Of a stretch of DNA of 63,866 nucleotides, positions 40,265-51,610 are shown piece after piece; the stretch's first letter is position 1, and every line of letters starts with the position of its first letter. Below the pieces are notes generated by a model. That model had not been told where the DNA came from. It worked only from the letters and a program-made list of their open reading frames with translations, and searched no databases. Position numbers and translations under genes: made by a program. Origin of the DNA: Sulfuricurvum sp. (GTDB lineage: Bacteria; Campylobacterota; Campylobacteria; Campylobacterales; Sulfurimonadaceae); assembly GCA_022729795.1 (NCBI GenBank), contig DZBD01000002.1:1-63866 (forward strand), written 5' to 3'.

Positions 40265-42088
40265 TTATTTGTCGGTATAAATTCTTTTGGCTAATTGCTC
40301 CGGTAGAAGTCCCAAAGATTTTTCTACCAATTTTGTATTTCCGTGTGTTATAAACATATCTTCATATTCAAAACTTACAACTTCTATATCGGAAATTTTT
40401 TCCTCACTAAGAAACTCCAAAATAGCACTTGCAACTCCCCCCATTTTGGCACTATCGGAAAACACGAACCATCGAGTGTGTTTTGTCGCAAGCATTTTCA
40501 GCATCTCTTTATCAAGCGGCTTTACAAATCGCAAATCAAGTATACTCACCGCTTCCTCCAAAAGCTCTGCCGTTTGGTATGCACGTCCTACACCGTTTCC
40601 ATAACCGATAAAAAGCATATTTCCCTCGTTTGAGCGAAGAAGCTGTGATTTTGCCAATGTAAAAGGGATAGACTCCGGTAAATCTGTTTCTATAAAGGAG
40701 CCTCTTGGATAGCGAAGAGAACATGGGTGTCGGTACTCTGCGGCAAAAGCCATTGCCTGATGAAAGGACTTTTCATCTCTTGGAGCAAAAAGTGTCATAT
40801 TCGGTACCGCCCTTAAAAAGCTGATATCAAAGACTCCTTGGTGCGTTTCTCCGTCTTCTCCTACAATTCCCGCTCTATCAAGCGCAAATACTACCGGTAA
40901 ATCCATCAAACACGTATCATGAATCACTTGGTCATATCCACGTTGCAAAAATGTGGAATAAATAGTACAAAACGGCTTAAATCCCTCTTTTGCCATAGCC
41001 GCCATAGATGTAACGGCATGCTGCTCGGCAATCGCAACATCCCAAAATCTATTTGGATATTTTTCTATAAGCTCACTCAAACCTGTTCCGCTTGGCATAG
41101 CGGCAGTTGCCCCTACAATCTTCTCATTTTTTTCACATAAATGCAAAAGTGCTTGCGTATAAATTTGTGTCGCACTTTTAGCTGAGCTATTTTTTGATGC
41201 ATTTCCGCTATCTAAATCAAAAGGACCTACTCCATGCCACTTTTCCTCTTTTCCTTCCGCCATCTCATACCCTTTTCCTTTAAGGGTTTGGGCGTGAACA
41301 ATAACGGGCTTTTGCAGATTTTTTGCTTTTTGCAAAATTTCGATAAGAGACTTTAAATTGTGCCCGTCTATAGGACCGATATAATGTATTCCCATCTCTT
41401 CGAATAAAATTCCCGGAGTAATAAGCTTAAGGCTCTCTTCCATTTTTTTGGCAATATAATGTGCTCCCGGTCCAAAGTTATCCACAAAATTTTCGGTATG
41501 CTTTTTAAATCTTTGATAAAAAGGTCCCGCCATTGCAGAACTTAGCATACGGCTTATTGCACCGATTGGCTTGGCAATGCTCATCTCATTATCGTTAAGA
41601 ATAATCACCATGGGATATTTTCTATCTCCGAGTTCATTCAAAGCTTCATATACCATTCCGGCAGTCATAGAACCATCCCCTATCATCACAACAGGGATTC
41701 GGGAATTTTGCTCTTTTTTTAGGGCAATAGATTTTGCAGCTCCCACACCCAAAGAGATAGAGGTAGAACTATGCCCCGCTACAAAATAATCATACGGTGA
41801 TTCGCTTGGTTTTGTATATCCGCACATGCCGCCGAATTGTCTTAGAGTGTCAAAAGCTTCCCATCTCTCAGTGAGGAGCTTGTGCGCATACGCTTGATGG
41901 GAAACATCAAATATAAAAGGATCTTTTGTCACATCAAAGACTTTATGCATTGCTACTATGAGTTCTGTTGCACCCAGCGTAGAACTAAGATGTCCCCCGT
42001 TTTTACTAACTACTCTTAGAATTTCACTACGAATATCTTTGCAAATATCTTCGAGTTCTTCTATAGTTTTTGATTGAATATTCATCAC
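40265..42088 (-). CDS. dxs: 1-deoxy-D-xylulose-5-phosphate synthase
   Basis: GGHLSS, HQAYAHK, GDGSMTAG, NDNEMSI, IAEQHA and GEDGETHQG. Confidence 0.98.
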   Translation of the reverse strand: MMNIQSKTIEELEDICKDIRSEILRVVSKNGGHLSSTLGATELIVAMHKVFDVTKDPFIFDVSHQAYAHKLLTERWEAFDTLRQFGGMCGYTKPSESPYDYFVAGHSSTSISLGVGAAKSIALKKEQNSRIPVVMIGDGSMTAGMVYEALNELGDRKYPMVIILNDNEMSIAKPIGAISRMLSSAMAGPFYQRFKKHTENFVDNFGPGAHYIAKKMEESLKLITPGILFEEMGIHYIGPIDGHNLKSLIEILQKAKNLQKPVIVHAQTLKGKGYEMAEGKEEKWHGVGPFDLDSGNASKNSSAKSATQIYTQALLHLCEKNEKIVGATAAMPSGTGLSELIEKYPNRFWDVAIAEQHAVTSMAAMAKEGFKPFCTIYSTFLQRGYDQVIHDTCLMDLPVVFALDRAGIVGEDGETHQGVFDISFLRAVPNMTLFAPRDEKSFHQAMAFAAEYRHPCSLRYPRGSFIETDLPESIPFTLAKSQLLRSNEGNMLFIGYGNGVGRAYQTAELLEEAVSILDLRFVKPLDKEMLKMLATKHTRWFVFSDSAKMGGVASAILEFLSEEKISDIEVVSFEYEDMFITHGNTKLVEKSLGLLPEQLAKRIYTDK

Positions 42089-42115
42089 TTTATACTACCT
42101 ATCACTTATAAATTA

Positions 42116-42913
42116 TTATTCGCTTAATGCTGCTCTTTTTACTCTCTCGAATCTTTTTGAAATTTGTGCATCTATATTTCCCGCATCGCTGATAGCTATC
42201 ACACCGCCAGGGCTAACTGCACTATCAGAGACCACTTCCACATGCCTAAGTGAGCCGACATGTTCAGACAAAGGACCGTGATCTTTGGGATTTACTTTGA
42301 GCAGAACTTTTGATGCACTTTGCAACTCTTTAATTAACTCATCCGACAAAACTTTTGCAACCTTTGCAGAATCGGCGCTAAGCTCCGCACTGATAACCTC
42401 TTTGGATATATCCAAAGCTGCAACAATAAGTTCACCCTTAATCCCCTCAAGAGCACTTTCAAACTCTTTTGCACTGTTTTCCAATTTTGCTACAGAGGAT
42501 GAAAATTGGGCAAGCCCTTCAATATGACCTGATTCTCTATGTTGTGCGGCTTGATGTTTGCCTGCTTCAACTCCCTCTAAAAAAGCAGCTTCTTTAACTT
42601 TTTTGAGTTGCTGTGCATATTCTTCCTCTTTTGATTCGAGCTTCATCTGAAGCTTTATAAAATTTGATGACATCTCATCCGTTTTATTCATCAGTGATTC
42701 TATCAGAACATCTTTAGAGTTTTGGCTTTGGGGATTTGAATCCGTATCACTGTCGCGTCGCTTGGGATTTTCCTCTTTTGAATACTCCGCAGCACTTGCC
42801 GGCTCAGTTCTTGCCGACTTGGAATCTTCGTTGGCACCCATAGCAAATACTTTAAAATTATACTTATCCACGGCGTGCTTAGATATGAACTTACTAGAAA
42901 TTATCGTTGCCAT
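42116..42913 (-). CDS. fliH: flagellar assembly protein FliH
   Basis: Follows fliG. Coiled coil with EGVEAG, then VNPKD and GGVI...GNIDA. Confidence 0.9.
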   Translation of the reverse strand: MATIISSKFISKHAVDKYNFKVFAMGANEDSKSARTEPASAAEYSKEENPKRRDSDTDSNPQSQNSKDVLIESLMNKTDEMSSNFIKLQMKLESKEEEYAQQLKKVKEAAFLEGVEAGKHQAAQHRESGHIEGLAQFSSSVAKLENSAKEFESALEGIKGELIVAALDISKEVISAELSADSAKVAKVLSDELIKELQSASKVLLKVNPKDHGPLSEHVGSLRHVEVVSDSAVSPGGVIAISDAGNIDAQISKRFERVKRAALSE

Positions 42914-42915
42914 AA

Positions 42916-43941
42916 TTAATCAATCATCTCTTCACTAGAGCCCATTTGGATAGTTCCGGCTTCTGAGAGTCCGTTGACTACTTCGACAATTCTTCTTTGA
43001 GCTGCTTCAACATCTTTCATTTTCACCGCACCGAGGAATTGCATCTCTTCTTCAAAAGCATCCTTCGCTCTCTCACTCATTGCAGAAAAGAATTTTTCTT
43101 TTAGCTCTTCAGGAGAACTTTTCAGAGCAAGCATCAGATCTGCTTTATCCACGGCCTTCAAAGTCTCCGTGATAGCATTTTTGTCCAAAGAAACCATATC
43201 TTCAAAGGTAAACATCATATCTTTGATGAGATTTGCCAAATCTTCATCCACTTGTTCAATCGTAGCCAAAGTAGCTTTGGATGATTTTGCTCCAAGACGG
43301 TTAAAGACATCCGCAACCGCTCTTGGACCACCCACTTCAACTTTGTATGAGGCAAGAGATTCAAGTTTAGATTCCAATACGGCTGAAACTCTTTTAATAA
43401 CCGAAGGAGATATGTCTCCGAGTCTTGCCATTCTCATCGCCACCTCACTCCGTAACTCATCAGGAAAATACTGTAGCGTATCTGCCGCTTCCGAAGCATC
43501 CATGTGCGCCAAAATAAGAGCAATAGTTTGAGGATGCTCGTTGATAATAAAATCTGAGAGCTGTTGCGGCTTAATTTTAGAAAGATATGCAAAATTTTGA
43601 CTGCTTTGCATACTTCTAGTAAGTTTGTCCAAAACTTTTTTCGCTTCCTCCGGTCCCAGTGTCCTATAAAGAAGCTCTCGCGCATACTCCATACCGCCGG
43701 AGGTAATATACTGTCCAGATTGAAATATAGCATGGAACTCTTCCAAAACAGCAGTTGCTACTGCTTTTTCAATCGTTTTGTTGCCTGCAATAAATTTGGA
43801 CACCTCCGTAATAGTATCTACGGTCATATGAGAAAAGAGTCCCGCCGTTACATCTTCACCTAGCTGAAGTAACAAAATAGATATTTTTTCAGCCATAGAC
43901 ATTTCATCATATATGGCTTGTTGCGAAGAAGAGAGGTTCAT
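42916..43941 (-). CDS. fliG: flagellar motor switch protein FliG
   Basis: EHPQTIALIL, MFTFED and MSERA. Confidence 0.97.
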   Translation of the reverse strand: MNLSSSQQAIYDEMSMAEKISILLLQLGEDVTAGLFSHMTVDTITEVSKFIAGNKTIEKAVATAVLEEFHAIFQSGQYITSGGMEYARELLYRTLGPEEAKKVLDKLTRSMQSSQNFAYLSKIKPQQLSDFIINEHPQTIALILAHMDASEAADTLQYFPDELRSEVAMRMARLGDISPSVIKRVSAVLESKLESLASYKVEVGGPRAVADVFNRLGAKSSKATLATIEQVDEDLANLIKDMMFTFEDMVSLDKNAITETLKAVDKADLMLALKSSPEELKEKFFSAMSERAKDAFEEEMQFLGAVKMKDVEAAQRRIVEVVNGLSEAGTIQMGSSEEMID

Positions 43942-45662
43942 TATTTTTCCTTATCCGGTTTATTAGGTCCGGGTCCGCCCACAAGCTCTTCAGTTAAAAG
44001 AGCTTGCAAGAGTGCTGCGATTGCTTCCGAATTGTCTTCCGCCATGCTTCTGACTTTTTCCAAAATAACATCATATTTCAATTCATCCTCATTAAATCCA
44101 TCTCTAAAGCCAAGCTGGTCTTCCACTTTTTTTCTCATAGCTTGCACTTTTTCAACCAAATCTTCATCATCGTCATCAATAGAAAGGATAGGTTTGGCAA
44201 GTTCATCCTCTTCCTTAGAAACTTCAAGCATCCTTTGTGCAAAAGGTGAAATGACTTTCTTGTAAACAATAAGTAATAAAAGAAGGACGAAAATATACTT
44301 GAACACTTCGGAGAAAGGTGCAAGATATGTTTGACTAAATGCAAGAGCCTTATTTACCCCATCTTCTCCGGCTTTTTCTTTATCTCTTTTAAATTGCAAA
44401 TTTTTAACGGAAATCACATCTCCTCTTGCTTCATCTATTCCGATAGATTGGCTTACAAGAGAAGCTAAAGCAGCTAATTCCGTCTCATCCAAGGCTGCAT
44501 ATTCAAGTTCATCGCTTGAAGTTCCGTCATCTTTGAGCTTATTTTTATATTGCCCGTCTACAACCACTGCTGCCGTAATTCTTTTAATGGACGCAAATTG
44601 CGATTTTATTGTAGAAACAGTCTTTCCTATTTCATAGTTTGTCGTTCCGGTATTTTTTTCATATTTTTCACTTTTTTGATTACTTTGAAGCCCCTGAACC
44701 GGACCTATATTACTCACGGTTCCGGGGACACCCCCAACCTCTTCGGGAGAAGCTCCATCTCTTTTTTCTTCGCTGACCTGCTCACTTCTTACTACATTTT
44801 CTGGATCAAATGTTTCAGAGGTTGAATTTTTGATTGAAAAATCGTATTCAATACTCACTTGGGCAACTACTTTTTCACTACCGCCGACAAAGGGAGAGAT
44901 AACTTGAATTATTTTTTGTTGTCTTTTTTTTTCTTCTTTTGTTTTGTAATTTTGCTGTACCGCCGAGAGCTCACCCATCTGCGCCATCTCGTCTTCATCT
45001 CCCAAGGTTTCACCCTCTGAGTTTACAAGCATTACATTCGCTGAAGTCATTTTAGGAATTGCAGCTGCAACAAGATTTTTTATCCCTCGAATTTGCTTCG
45101 AAGACAAGCTTCTCCCTTCCACCAAAGTAATCATAACGGAGGCGGTAGGATCTACTTGCTTGGAAACAAATAAAGTGTCTTTGGGTATTGCTAAACTAAC
45201 CGAAGTGGATTCAATAGGTGCCAAGCTATTGATGGTTCGTGAGAGTTCCCCTTCAAGCGCACGAAGATATTTAACATTTTGATCAAAACTTGTAGCTCCA
45301 AACTCTTGATTATCAAAAAGCTCAAAGCCTACACCGCTCTCTTTGGGTATCCCTAAAGAGGCAATGGCAATTCTCTGCCTATATACAACTTCTTTGGGAA
45401 CTTTTACAACATTATTATTGAGCAGTTCATAAGGAATCTGCTCTTTTTCTAGCTGTTCTACTACTTTAGCGGCATCTGATGGAGTTAAAGAATCAAAAAG
45501 CACTTCATATTTATTGTCTTGTTTTTTTTGAGCCGTATAAACAACCATAAATATTAAAAAAGCAACTATACCAAAGACGGCTGCAGTAATAATAATTTTT
45601 TGCTGTTTCGTCAGCTTTGTATAAAGTACAACTAACTGTGAAAAAAGTACTTTAAAATCCAT
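43941..45662 (-). CDS. fliF: flagellar MS-ring protein FliF
   Basis: GFELFD..FGATSFDQ, RALEGELSRTI and two TM helices. Confidence 0.97.
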   Translation of the reverse strand: MDFKVLFSQLVVLYTKLTKQQKIIITAAVFGIVAFLIFMVVYTAQKKQDNKYEVLFDSLTPSDAAKVVEQLEKEQIPYELLNNNVVKVPKEVVYRQRIAIASLGIPKESGVGFELFDNQEFGATSFDQNVKYLRALEGELSRTINSLAPIESTSVSLAIPKDTLFVSKQVDPTASVMITLVEGRSLSSKQIRGIKNLVAAAIPKMTSANVMLVNSEGETLGDEDEMAQMGELSAVQQNYKTKEEKKRQQKIIQVISPFVGGSEKVVAQVSIEYDFSIKNSTSETFDPENVVRSEQVSEEKRDGASPEEVGGVPGTVSNIGPVQGLQSNQKSEKYEKNTGTTNYEIGKTVSTIKSQFASIKRITAAVVVDGQYKNKLKDDGTSSDELEYAALDETELAALASLVSQSIGIDEARGDVISVKNLQFKRDKEKAGEDGVNKALAFSQTYLAPFSEVFKYIFVLLLLLIVYKKVISPFAQRMLEVSKEEDELAKPILSIDDDDEDLVEKVQAMRKKVEDQLGFRDGFNEDELKYDVILEKVRSMAEDNSEAIAALLQALLTEELVGGPGPNKPDKEK

Positions 45663-45681
45663 TAATTTCCCATTTTTATAA

Positions 45682-46776
45682 TTATAATAATTCTAAAAGC
45701 AGTTTAAATAAACGGCTATTTTGTTCTGGTGTCCCCACAGTAACACGGATAGCGTTCATTCCGTATCCGCTTAGATTTCTAACAATCATCCCTTTTTTTA
45801 AAAGTTCATCTGCAATATTTGTAGAATTTTGTGAATCGTTTAAACATAATGTTACAAAATTTGTATAACTATTAATTATATCTATTTTTTGTTTTTTTGC
45901 AAACTCTTCGTAACGCTTCATCTCTAAAAAGTTGTTAGCAATACACTCATGCACAAAAACCTCATCACTAAGCGCAACCGTAGCTGCTTCAAGTGAAAGC
46001 GTCGTAATATTAAAAGGCGGTCTGAGTTTATAGAGTTCATTGATAATTTTAGAGTCGGCAATTCCATATCCGACCCTCATCCCTCCAAGACCGTACGCCT
46101 TTGAAAAAGTGCCCAGATAAAGAACATTCTCAAATTTTGCAATCAGCTCCTCAGGATTGACTTTTTTAGTTTCATCCTTATACGCTCCATATTCCATATA
46201 AGCGCCATCTACAACAACCAAAGTTTCACTATCTATTTTTGCTATAAAATCAAACAACTCTTTTGCATCCAGAGCATCACCCGTAGGATTATTAGGAGTA
46301 CACAAAAATATGATTGACGGCTTTTCTTCAACATAGAGCTTATAAAACTCTTCTAAATCGTGGTGACGTGAAGATGTTTTTATAATCTGCGCTCCAACAT
46401 GTTTAGCATATATTTCATACATCGCAAATGTTACACTGTTTACTAGAACCTTAGAACTTTTATCTGCTTTGGCATGGATAGCAAATTCTATAATCTGATC
46501 GCTTCCAGAGCCGATAATAATATTTTCTTTTGCAACTTCATATCTACTACTCAGTGCATCTTTGAGTTTAATCATAGAATCATCCGGATAAAGAGCCATT
46601 TTTGAAATTACGGCACTCACTGCATCTTTTACTTTTTGGGAACATCCGTAAGGATTTTCATTACTTGCAAGCTTTACGATATCTTTTGGATCTATACCGA
46701 ATTCACGGACAACCAACTCTATTGGTTTCCCGGCTTCATACGTTTTTATCTCTTCTAAATGTTTATTAAATTTCAT
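45682..46776 (-). CDS. hisC: histidinol-phosphate aminotransferase
   Basis: [14 protein letters not shown] and [15 protein letters not shown]. Confidence 0.95.
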   Translation of the reverse strand: MKFNKHLEEIKTYEAGKPIELVVREFGIDPKDIVKLASNENPYGCSQKVKDAVSAVISKMALYPDDSMIKLKDALSSRYEVAKENIIIGSGSDQIIEFAIHAKADKSSKVLVNSVTFAMYEIYAKHVGAQIIKTSSRHHDLEEFYKLYVEEKPSIIFLCTPNNPTGDALDAKELFDFIAKIDSETLVVVDGAYMEYGAYKDETKKVNPEELIAKFENVLYLGTFSKAYGLGGMRVGYGIADSKIINELYKLRPPFNITTLSLEAATVALSDEVFVHECIANNFLEMKRYEEFAKKQKIDIINSYTNFVTLCLNDSQNSTNIADELLKKGMIVRNLSGYGMNAIRVTVGTPEQNSRLFKLLLELL

Positions 46777-47855
46777 GATTCACCTTTTATATAGCTTCCT
46801 AGCCATGTTACTTCACCCTTGTGTTTAGAGAGGACTCTTTGGACGGCATCTTCATCGATATGTCCGTAAAAATCTATAAAAAACCAATACCCGAATCCGC
46901 TCTCATCCTTAGAGGGACGAGATTCTATTTTTGAGAGGTTAATTTTTTCTTTATCAAAATCCTGTAAAAAATGCACCAAAGAGCCCGCTTTTACTGCATC
47001 ATTAAGCCTCACTAAAATAGAAGTTTTATCCTCATGGCTAATCAAATTTTTGAAATCGCTCAGAATTACAAATCTTGTATGACTGTCATGTTCATCTTCT
47101 ATATTGTCAAACATTCTTGGTATGCCGTAAAGTTTTGCTGCTATATGGGAACATATTGCTGCCGCACTTTTATCATCAGCTGCAAGAATAGCCGCCTTTG
47201 CGGTGGATTCAACCGGAATCAATTCCACATTAATGAGTCCGTGTTCGGATAAAAATTCTCTACACTGTCCAAAACCCTTGTCTTTTGAATATATCTTTTT
47301 AATATCTTCGAGTCTTCTCGCTTTTGTTGCAAACGACATATGAATAGGCATATAAAGTTCCGCGACTATTTTCACCGAACTTTTCGCAAGTAAATCGAGT
47401 GTCTCACCGACAATTCCGTCTCGTGAATTTTCAATAGGAACAACACCGTACTTTGCTCTTTTAGCTTCGAGTGTTTGAAATACCGCCTGAATAGAACCAA
47501 GGGAAAGATAGTCGCTCATCCCTCCAAAACGGCTCTCGGCAGCTTGATGGGTGAAACTTCCCTCAGGTCCTAAATAGGCAATACGCTCGGGAAGTTCAAG
47601 ATTTCTGGCAACTGCAAATATCTCCAGATAGATAGCTTCAATAGCACCTCTATTTAAAATCCAATGATTTTCTTTACTGATATGAGTAAGCCTTTCTATT
47701 ATCGCTTTTTCTCTCTCCGGTCTATATACCGCCGTGCCTGTATCATGTTTAATCTCTCCGACTCGTTTGACAACTCTCATTCTTTTGTCGAGCAACTCCA
47801 GTATATGATTATCAATACTATCTATCGTATCTCTGCACTCTTGTAAAGTATTCAT
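46773..47855 (-). CDS. pheA: chorismate mutase/prephenate dehydratase
   Basis: N-terminal chorismate mutase domain, [19 protein letters not shown] and ACT domain (IESRP). Confidence 0.96.
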   Translation of the reverse strand: MNTLQECRDTIDSIDNHILELLDKRMRVVKRVGEIKHDTGTAVYRPEREKAIIERLTHISKENHWILNRGAIEAIYLEIFAVARNLELPERIAYLGPEGSFTHQAAESRFGGMSDYLSLGSIQAVFQTLEAKRAKYGVVPIENSRDGIVGETLDLLAKSSVKIVAELYMPIHMSFATKARRLEDIKKIYSKDKGFGQCREFLSEHGLINVELIPVESTAKAAILAADDKSAAAICSHIAAKLYGIPRMFDNIEDEHDSHTRFVILSDFKNLISHEDKTSILVRLNDAVKAGSLVHFLQDFDKEKINLSKIESRPSKDESGFGYWFFIDFYGHIDEDAVQRVLSKHKGEVTWLGSYIKGES

Positions 47856-48628
47856 AAAGCCTCCATTATCTCTTGCATATCATGAAAAACCATGTCCGGC
47901 TTTAGATGTTCTTTCAAAAACGGGACTATCTCCTGTGCGGTTTTATATTTTCCGCTTGTTACAAAAATAGTTTTCATCCCCATCTCTTTTGCACCGCCCA
48001 AATCCCCTTTGACGTCATCGCTGATTATAGTAATCTCTTCAAGCTTGGCATGTGGAACTTGTTGGCGCATCATTTTCAAAGACTCTCTATAAAAAGCTTC
48101 ACTTGGTTTGCCGACTACGGTATAGGGGGTAGACGTAGCAAATTCAAGAAGTTTTAAAATGGCTCCCACTCCAGGGTATCTTTTGTTATTTTTCGCATAA
48201 ATTGAGGTCTCGTGCATACCGACCAAGGCTGCGCCGCTGAGTAAAAAATCTATCATCTGTGCGTACTCGTCGGGCATAAAATCTTCTTTAATAGAAACAA
48301 GCACTGTTTTTGGATTTTTATAGTCTAAAACATAACCCATCTTGCATAAGCCGTCTAAAAATTCTTTGGCGCCATACGCCGCAACTGCATCTTTTTCTAC
48401 ATGCGATTCTAAAAGCATCAGAGGATCCAAATATTTTGAAAAATCGAAATGAAATCCTTGTTTTTGCAAAAATGCATAAAAATCTTTAGAAGATTGTTTT
48501 GTATTATTTGTAATAACCATATAGGGAATTTTATTATCATTGAGCATATCAATAAACTCTCTACTTCCACGAATAGGTGACTTATCCTCATCACTGATTA
48601 AAGTGCCTTGCACATCTATAAAATACAA
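47852..48628 (-). CDS. HAD-superfamily subfamily IIA hydrolase
   Basis: FIDVQGTL, ITNN, VGKPS and SDDVKGDL. Confidence 0.9.
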   Translation of the reverse strand: MYFIDVQGTLISDEDKSPIRGSREFIDMLNDNKIPYMVITNNTKQSSKDFYAFLQKQGFHFDFSKYLDPLMLLESHVEKDAVAAYGAKEFLDGLCKMGYVLDYKNPKTVLVSIKEDFMPDEYAQMIDFLLSGAALVGMHETSIYAKNNKRYPGVGAILKLLEFATSTPYTVVGKPSEAFYRESLKMMRQQVPHAKLEEITIISDDVKGDLGGAKEMGMKTIFVTSGKYKTAQEIVPFLKEHLKPDMVFHDMQEIMEAL

Positions 48629-48678
48629 GCAAACCCTTTTAGCGACTTATTTTTACACATTATAAACCTCATTTATCC

Positions 48679-49890
48679 CTAACTTTGCAAGAATTCTAAC
48701 TCAAGAGCTATGAGGTCTTCAAATGTTTCTCTTTTACGAATCAATCTTGAAGCACCCTTTTCTACCGCAACCTCTGCACTTCTTGCGCGTGTATTGTAAT
48801 TACTTCCCATCCCAAAACCATAGGCACCTGCACTGTGGATTACAAGTAAATCATTATGTTCTAACTCAGGCAAAGAATAGTTTTTTGCAAAAAAATCTCC
48901 GCTCTCACATACGGGACCGACAATATCTACTAATCGCTCCTCGGAAGTACTCTTCGTAATCGCTTCTATTTTATGATATGCATTATACAGAGCTGGACGT
49001 AAAAGGTCATTCATCGCCCCGTCTACTACCACAAATTTTTTCTCTGCGTTTTGTTTTTCATAGAGTACTTTTGTCAAAAAATATCCCGCATTGGCAGTTA
49101 AAAATCGCCCCGGTTCACAAATAACGGTAAGGTCTAAAGAAGTTAATGTTCCCAAAATTGCCTGCGCATAGTCATAAGGCTCAATAGTTACTTCTTTATC
49201 ATACTCCACTCCTAGTCCGCCGCCTACATCAAAAAATTTCAATTCAATATTAATGGTGGAGAGTGAGCGGACAAGATCAGCTACAATTTCGGCTGCCTCA
49301 CGGATAGGCTCCAATTTTGTAAGTTGAGAACCTATATGAAAATGTATTCCCACAGGGTCAAGATGCTCAGAATTGTTAGCAAAAATATACATCCGTTTTG
49401 CACTGTTTAAATCCACTCCAAACTTATTATCATGAAGTCCCGTAGAGATGTAAGGGTGCGTTTTAGGGTCAATATTGGGATTCACTCGTATGCTTATACG
49501 ACAAACTTTATCCAACTCTTTTGCTATGAGCGCTACTCTTTTAAGTTCTGCTTCGCTCTCTACATTGATATAAAGAATATCCTTAAGAATTGCCTCTTGT
49601 ATCTCATCATCACTTTTGCCCACACCGCTAAAAATAATTTTGTAACTAGGTATCCCGGCTAAAAATGCACGGCGTACCTCTCCGATAGAGACACAATCTG
49701 CTCCGCTTCCCAAATCTGCAAAATGTTTTACGACACTTAAATTAGAATTTGATTTCACGGCATATGCCAGAAGAGATTTTCTCCCTTTAAACGCTTCTTT
49801 GAGCTTGTTGTATTGGGAGGTCATGTAGTCAAAATCGTAGATGTATAAAGGCGTTTTATACTCATTTGCTAACTCTTTAAAATTTATCAT
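48679..49890 (-). CDS. lysA: diaminopimelate decarboxylase
   Basis: YAVKSN, HIGSQ, EPGR, GPVCESGD and SNYN. Confidence 0.97.
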   Translation of the reverse strand: MINFKELANEYKTPLYIYDFDYMTSQYNKLKEAFKGRKSLLAYAVKSNSNLSVVKHFADLGSGADCVSIGEVRRAFLAGIPSYKIIFSGVGKSDDEIQEAILKDILYINVESEAELKRVALIAKELDKVCRISIRVNPNIDPKTHPYISTGLHDNKFGVDLNSAKRMYIFANNSEHLDPVGIHFHIGSQLTKLEPIREAAEIVADLVRSLSTINIELKFFDVGGGLGVEYDKEVTIEPYDYAQAILGTLTSLDLTVICEPGRFLTANAGYFLTKVLYEKQNAEKKFVVVDGAMNDLLRPALYNAYHKIEAITKSTSEERLVDIVGPVCESGDFFAKNYSLPELEHNDLLVIHSAGAYGFGMGSNYNTRARSAEVAVEKGASRLIRKRETFEDLIALELEFLQS

Positions 49891-49942
49891 AAAAATCCTA
49901 AATAATTTTTGCTCTCATTTTAGCAAAAAAGTACTTATAATG

Positions 49943-51013
49943 TTATGTAGAGGGTTGAAATTTTCTCCATTGCCACCAAGCGATTATGAATAATATTCCC
50001 ACGGGAGCAATAACACCGGCTTCGCTTGATATTGTTTTATTGTTCGATAACTCAATAAGCATGAATAAAATTCCCCAAATTAAAAGAGAAGCAAGTATAG
50101 CACCGAAACTAAAAAGTGAAACATTTAAAAAGCGTACACTCACGGGCACGAAGAAAAAAATAATAACTACCAAGCAAGGAACAAACAAAGGATAAATAAA
50201 TATTTTATAAAGAGCACCTTTAATACTGTTCGTATTTATATTTTGGTCTTGCAGAAGCATTAATGCATCTATGGCATTGTAAATTGTAAAATTTACCTTC
50301 CCCTCGTACACCTGATCAAGAATTTTAGGACGAAAGCCTTCGAGTATTTCCAAATCTTTTTTATGAATCACCTGCATCCCTGTGGATTCAAAATTAATCT
50401 CATCGGGCTTAGTGATAATATCTGCTTCATCAATATGCCAATGTTCATCTCTGTATGTAGCTTCTTTGGCGACTAAAACCTCTTTTAAGAAATTATCTTT
50501 GACACTAAAAACCCGTATCCCCTCTGCTTTTTCTTGTAAAGGAAGCATTTTTGCAAAATAAACATATTTATCTTTATAAATAAAAAAAAGATCTCTTGTA
50601 GGACTGAGATACTGTTCGTTTTTTCGAATATTATTTGAAAACTCATCGGCTCTTGAAAAGCTCGGTAAAGCATGCAAAGATATAAAAATAATAATAATAG
50701 AAGTTGAAACAACTACAAAAGGGCGTAAAATATGAATTCTTGAATAGCCTAAAGAATAAAATGAGACAAGTGCATTGGAGCGGATTAAAAATATTTTTGT
50801 GGATATCATCGCAAAAATCAAAGACAAAGGAAGCAACATATCTATCGCATAAAAAGCTTTATACACCAAATAAATCAAAAGTAAGTTTGCCGCATTGGAA
50901 AGGTTTTGCGCATTTTCCATATAATCGAATCCTACCAAAAACATCACAAGTGCCAATAAAATGACAAGAAAGTATTTGATGTAATGAAAAGATATATATT
51001 TAAATGCAAGCAT
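49943..51013 (-). CDS. LptF/LptG (YjgP/YjgQ) family LPS export permease
   Basis: Three TM helices, a periplasmic beta domain and three more TM helices. Same position as in Campylobacter. Confidence 0.85.
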   Translation of the reverse strand: MLAFKYISFHYIKYFLVILLALVMFLVGFDYMENAQNLSNAANLLLIYLVYKAFYAIDMLLPLSLIFAMISTKIFLIRSNALVSFYSLGYSRIHILRPFVVVSTSIIIIFISLHALPSFSRADEFSNNIRKNEQYLSPTRDLFFIYKDKYVYFAKMLPLQEKAEGIRVFSVKDNFLKEVLVAKEATYRDEHWHIDEADIITKPDEINFESTGMQVIHKKDLEILEGFRPKILDQVYEGKVNFTIYNAIDALMLLQDQNINTNSIKGALYKIFIYPLFVPCLVVIIFFFVPVSVRFLNVSLFSFGAILASLLIWGILFMLIELSNNKTISSEAGVIAPVGILFIIAWWQWRKFQPST

Positions 51014-51050
51014 AGTAAAAAGCCTCTAAAATAGTTAAAAAATACAGCTG

Positions 51051-51608
51051 TTATTTTAGCTGAAATTTTTTAATCGTAAATTGGGAACTTGCGTCCTCAA
51101 GTGAGTTTTCAAGAAGAAATTCTACTGCATCACAGGCCTGCGAAATCCACATGCCAAGATGTTTGGATTCTTGTGGATTAAAATCACTCAGCACATAAGA
51201 TGCTACCTCACCCTTATGCTCAGGTTTTCCTATGCCCATTCTTACTCTTGCATATTCTTTTGAAATCTTTTCATCTGTTGATTTGAGACCGTTATGCCCG
51301 CCGTGTCCGCCGTCAAACTTAAACCGAAGTGTTCCAAAAGGTAAATCTAAATCATCATGTATTACAACAACCGCATCAATCTTGTAAAATTTCTTTACTA
51401 ATGCAATGGACTCCCCTGATAAATTCATAAAGGTAAGAGGTTTTAATAAAAAATGATTTGAGAATTTAAAAAGTTCACCCTTAAATGAGGAAGAAGAAAG
51501 TTTTTGAGCATCTAAACGACGGATAAGCTCGTCTATCACCATAAAGCCTATGTTATGGCGTGTATTTTCATATGCCGGTCCAGGATTTCCTAGCCCGACA
51601 ATGAGCAT
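51051..51608 (-). CDS. pth: peptidyl-tRNA hydrolase
   Basis: GLGNPG, TRHNIGF, MNLSG, HDDLD and GGHNGLKS. Confidence 0.98.
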   Translation of the reverse strand: MLIVGLGNPGPAYENTRHNIGFMVIDELIRRLDAQKLSSSSFKGELFKFSNHFLLKPLTFMNLSGESIALVKKFYKIDAVVVIHDDLDLPFGTLRFKFDGGHGGHNGLKSTDEKISKEYARVRMGIGKPEHKGEVASYVLSDFNPQESKHLGMWISQACDAVEFLLENSLEDASSQFTIKKFQLK

Positions 51609-51610
51609 GA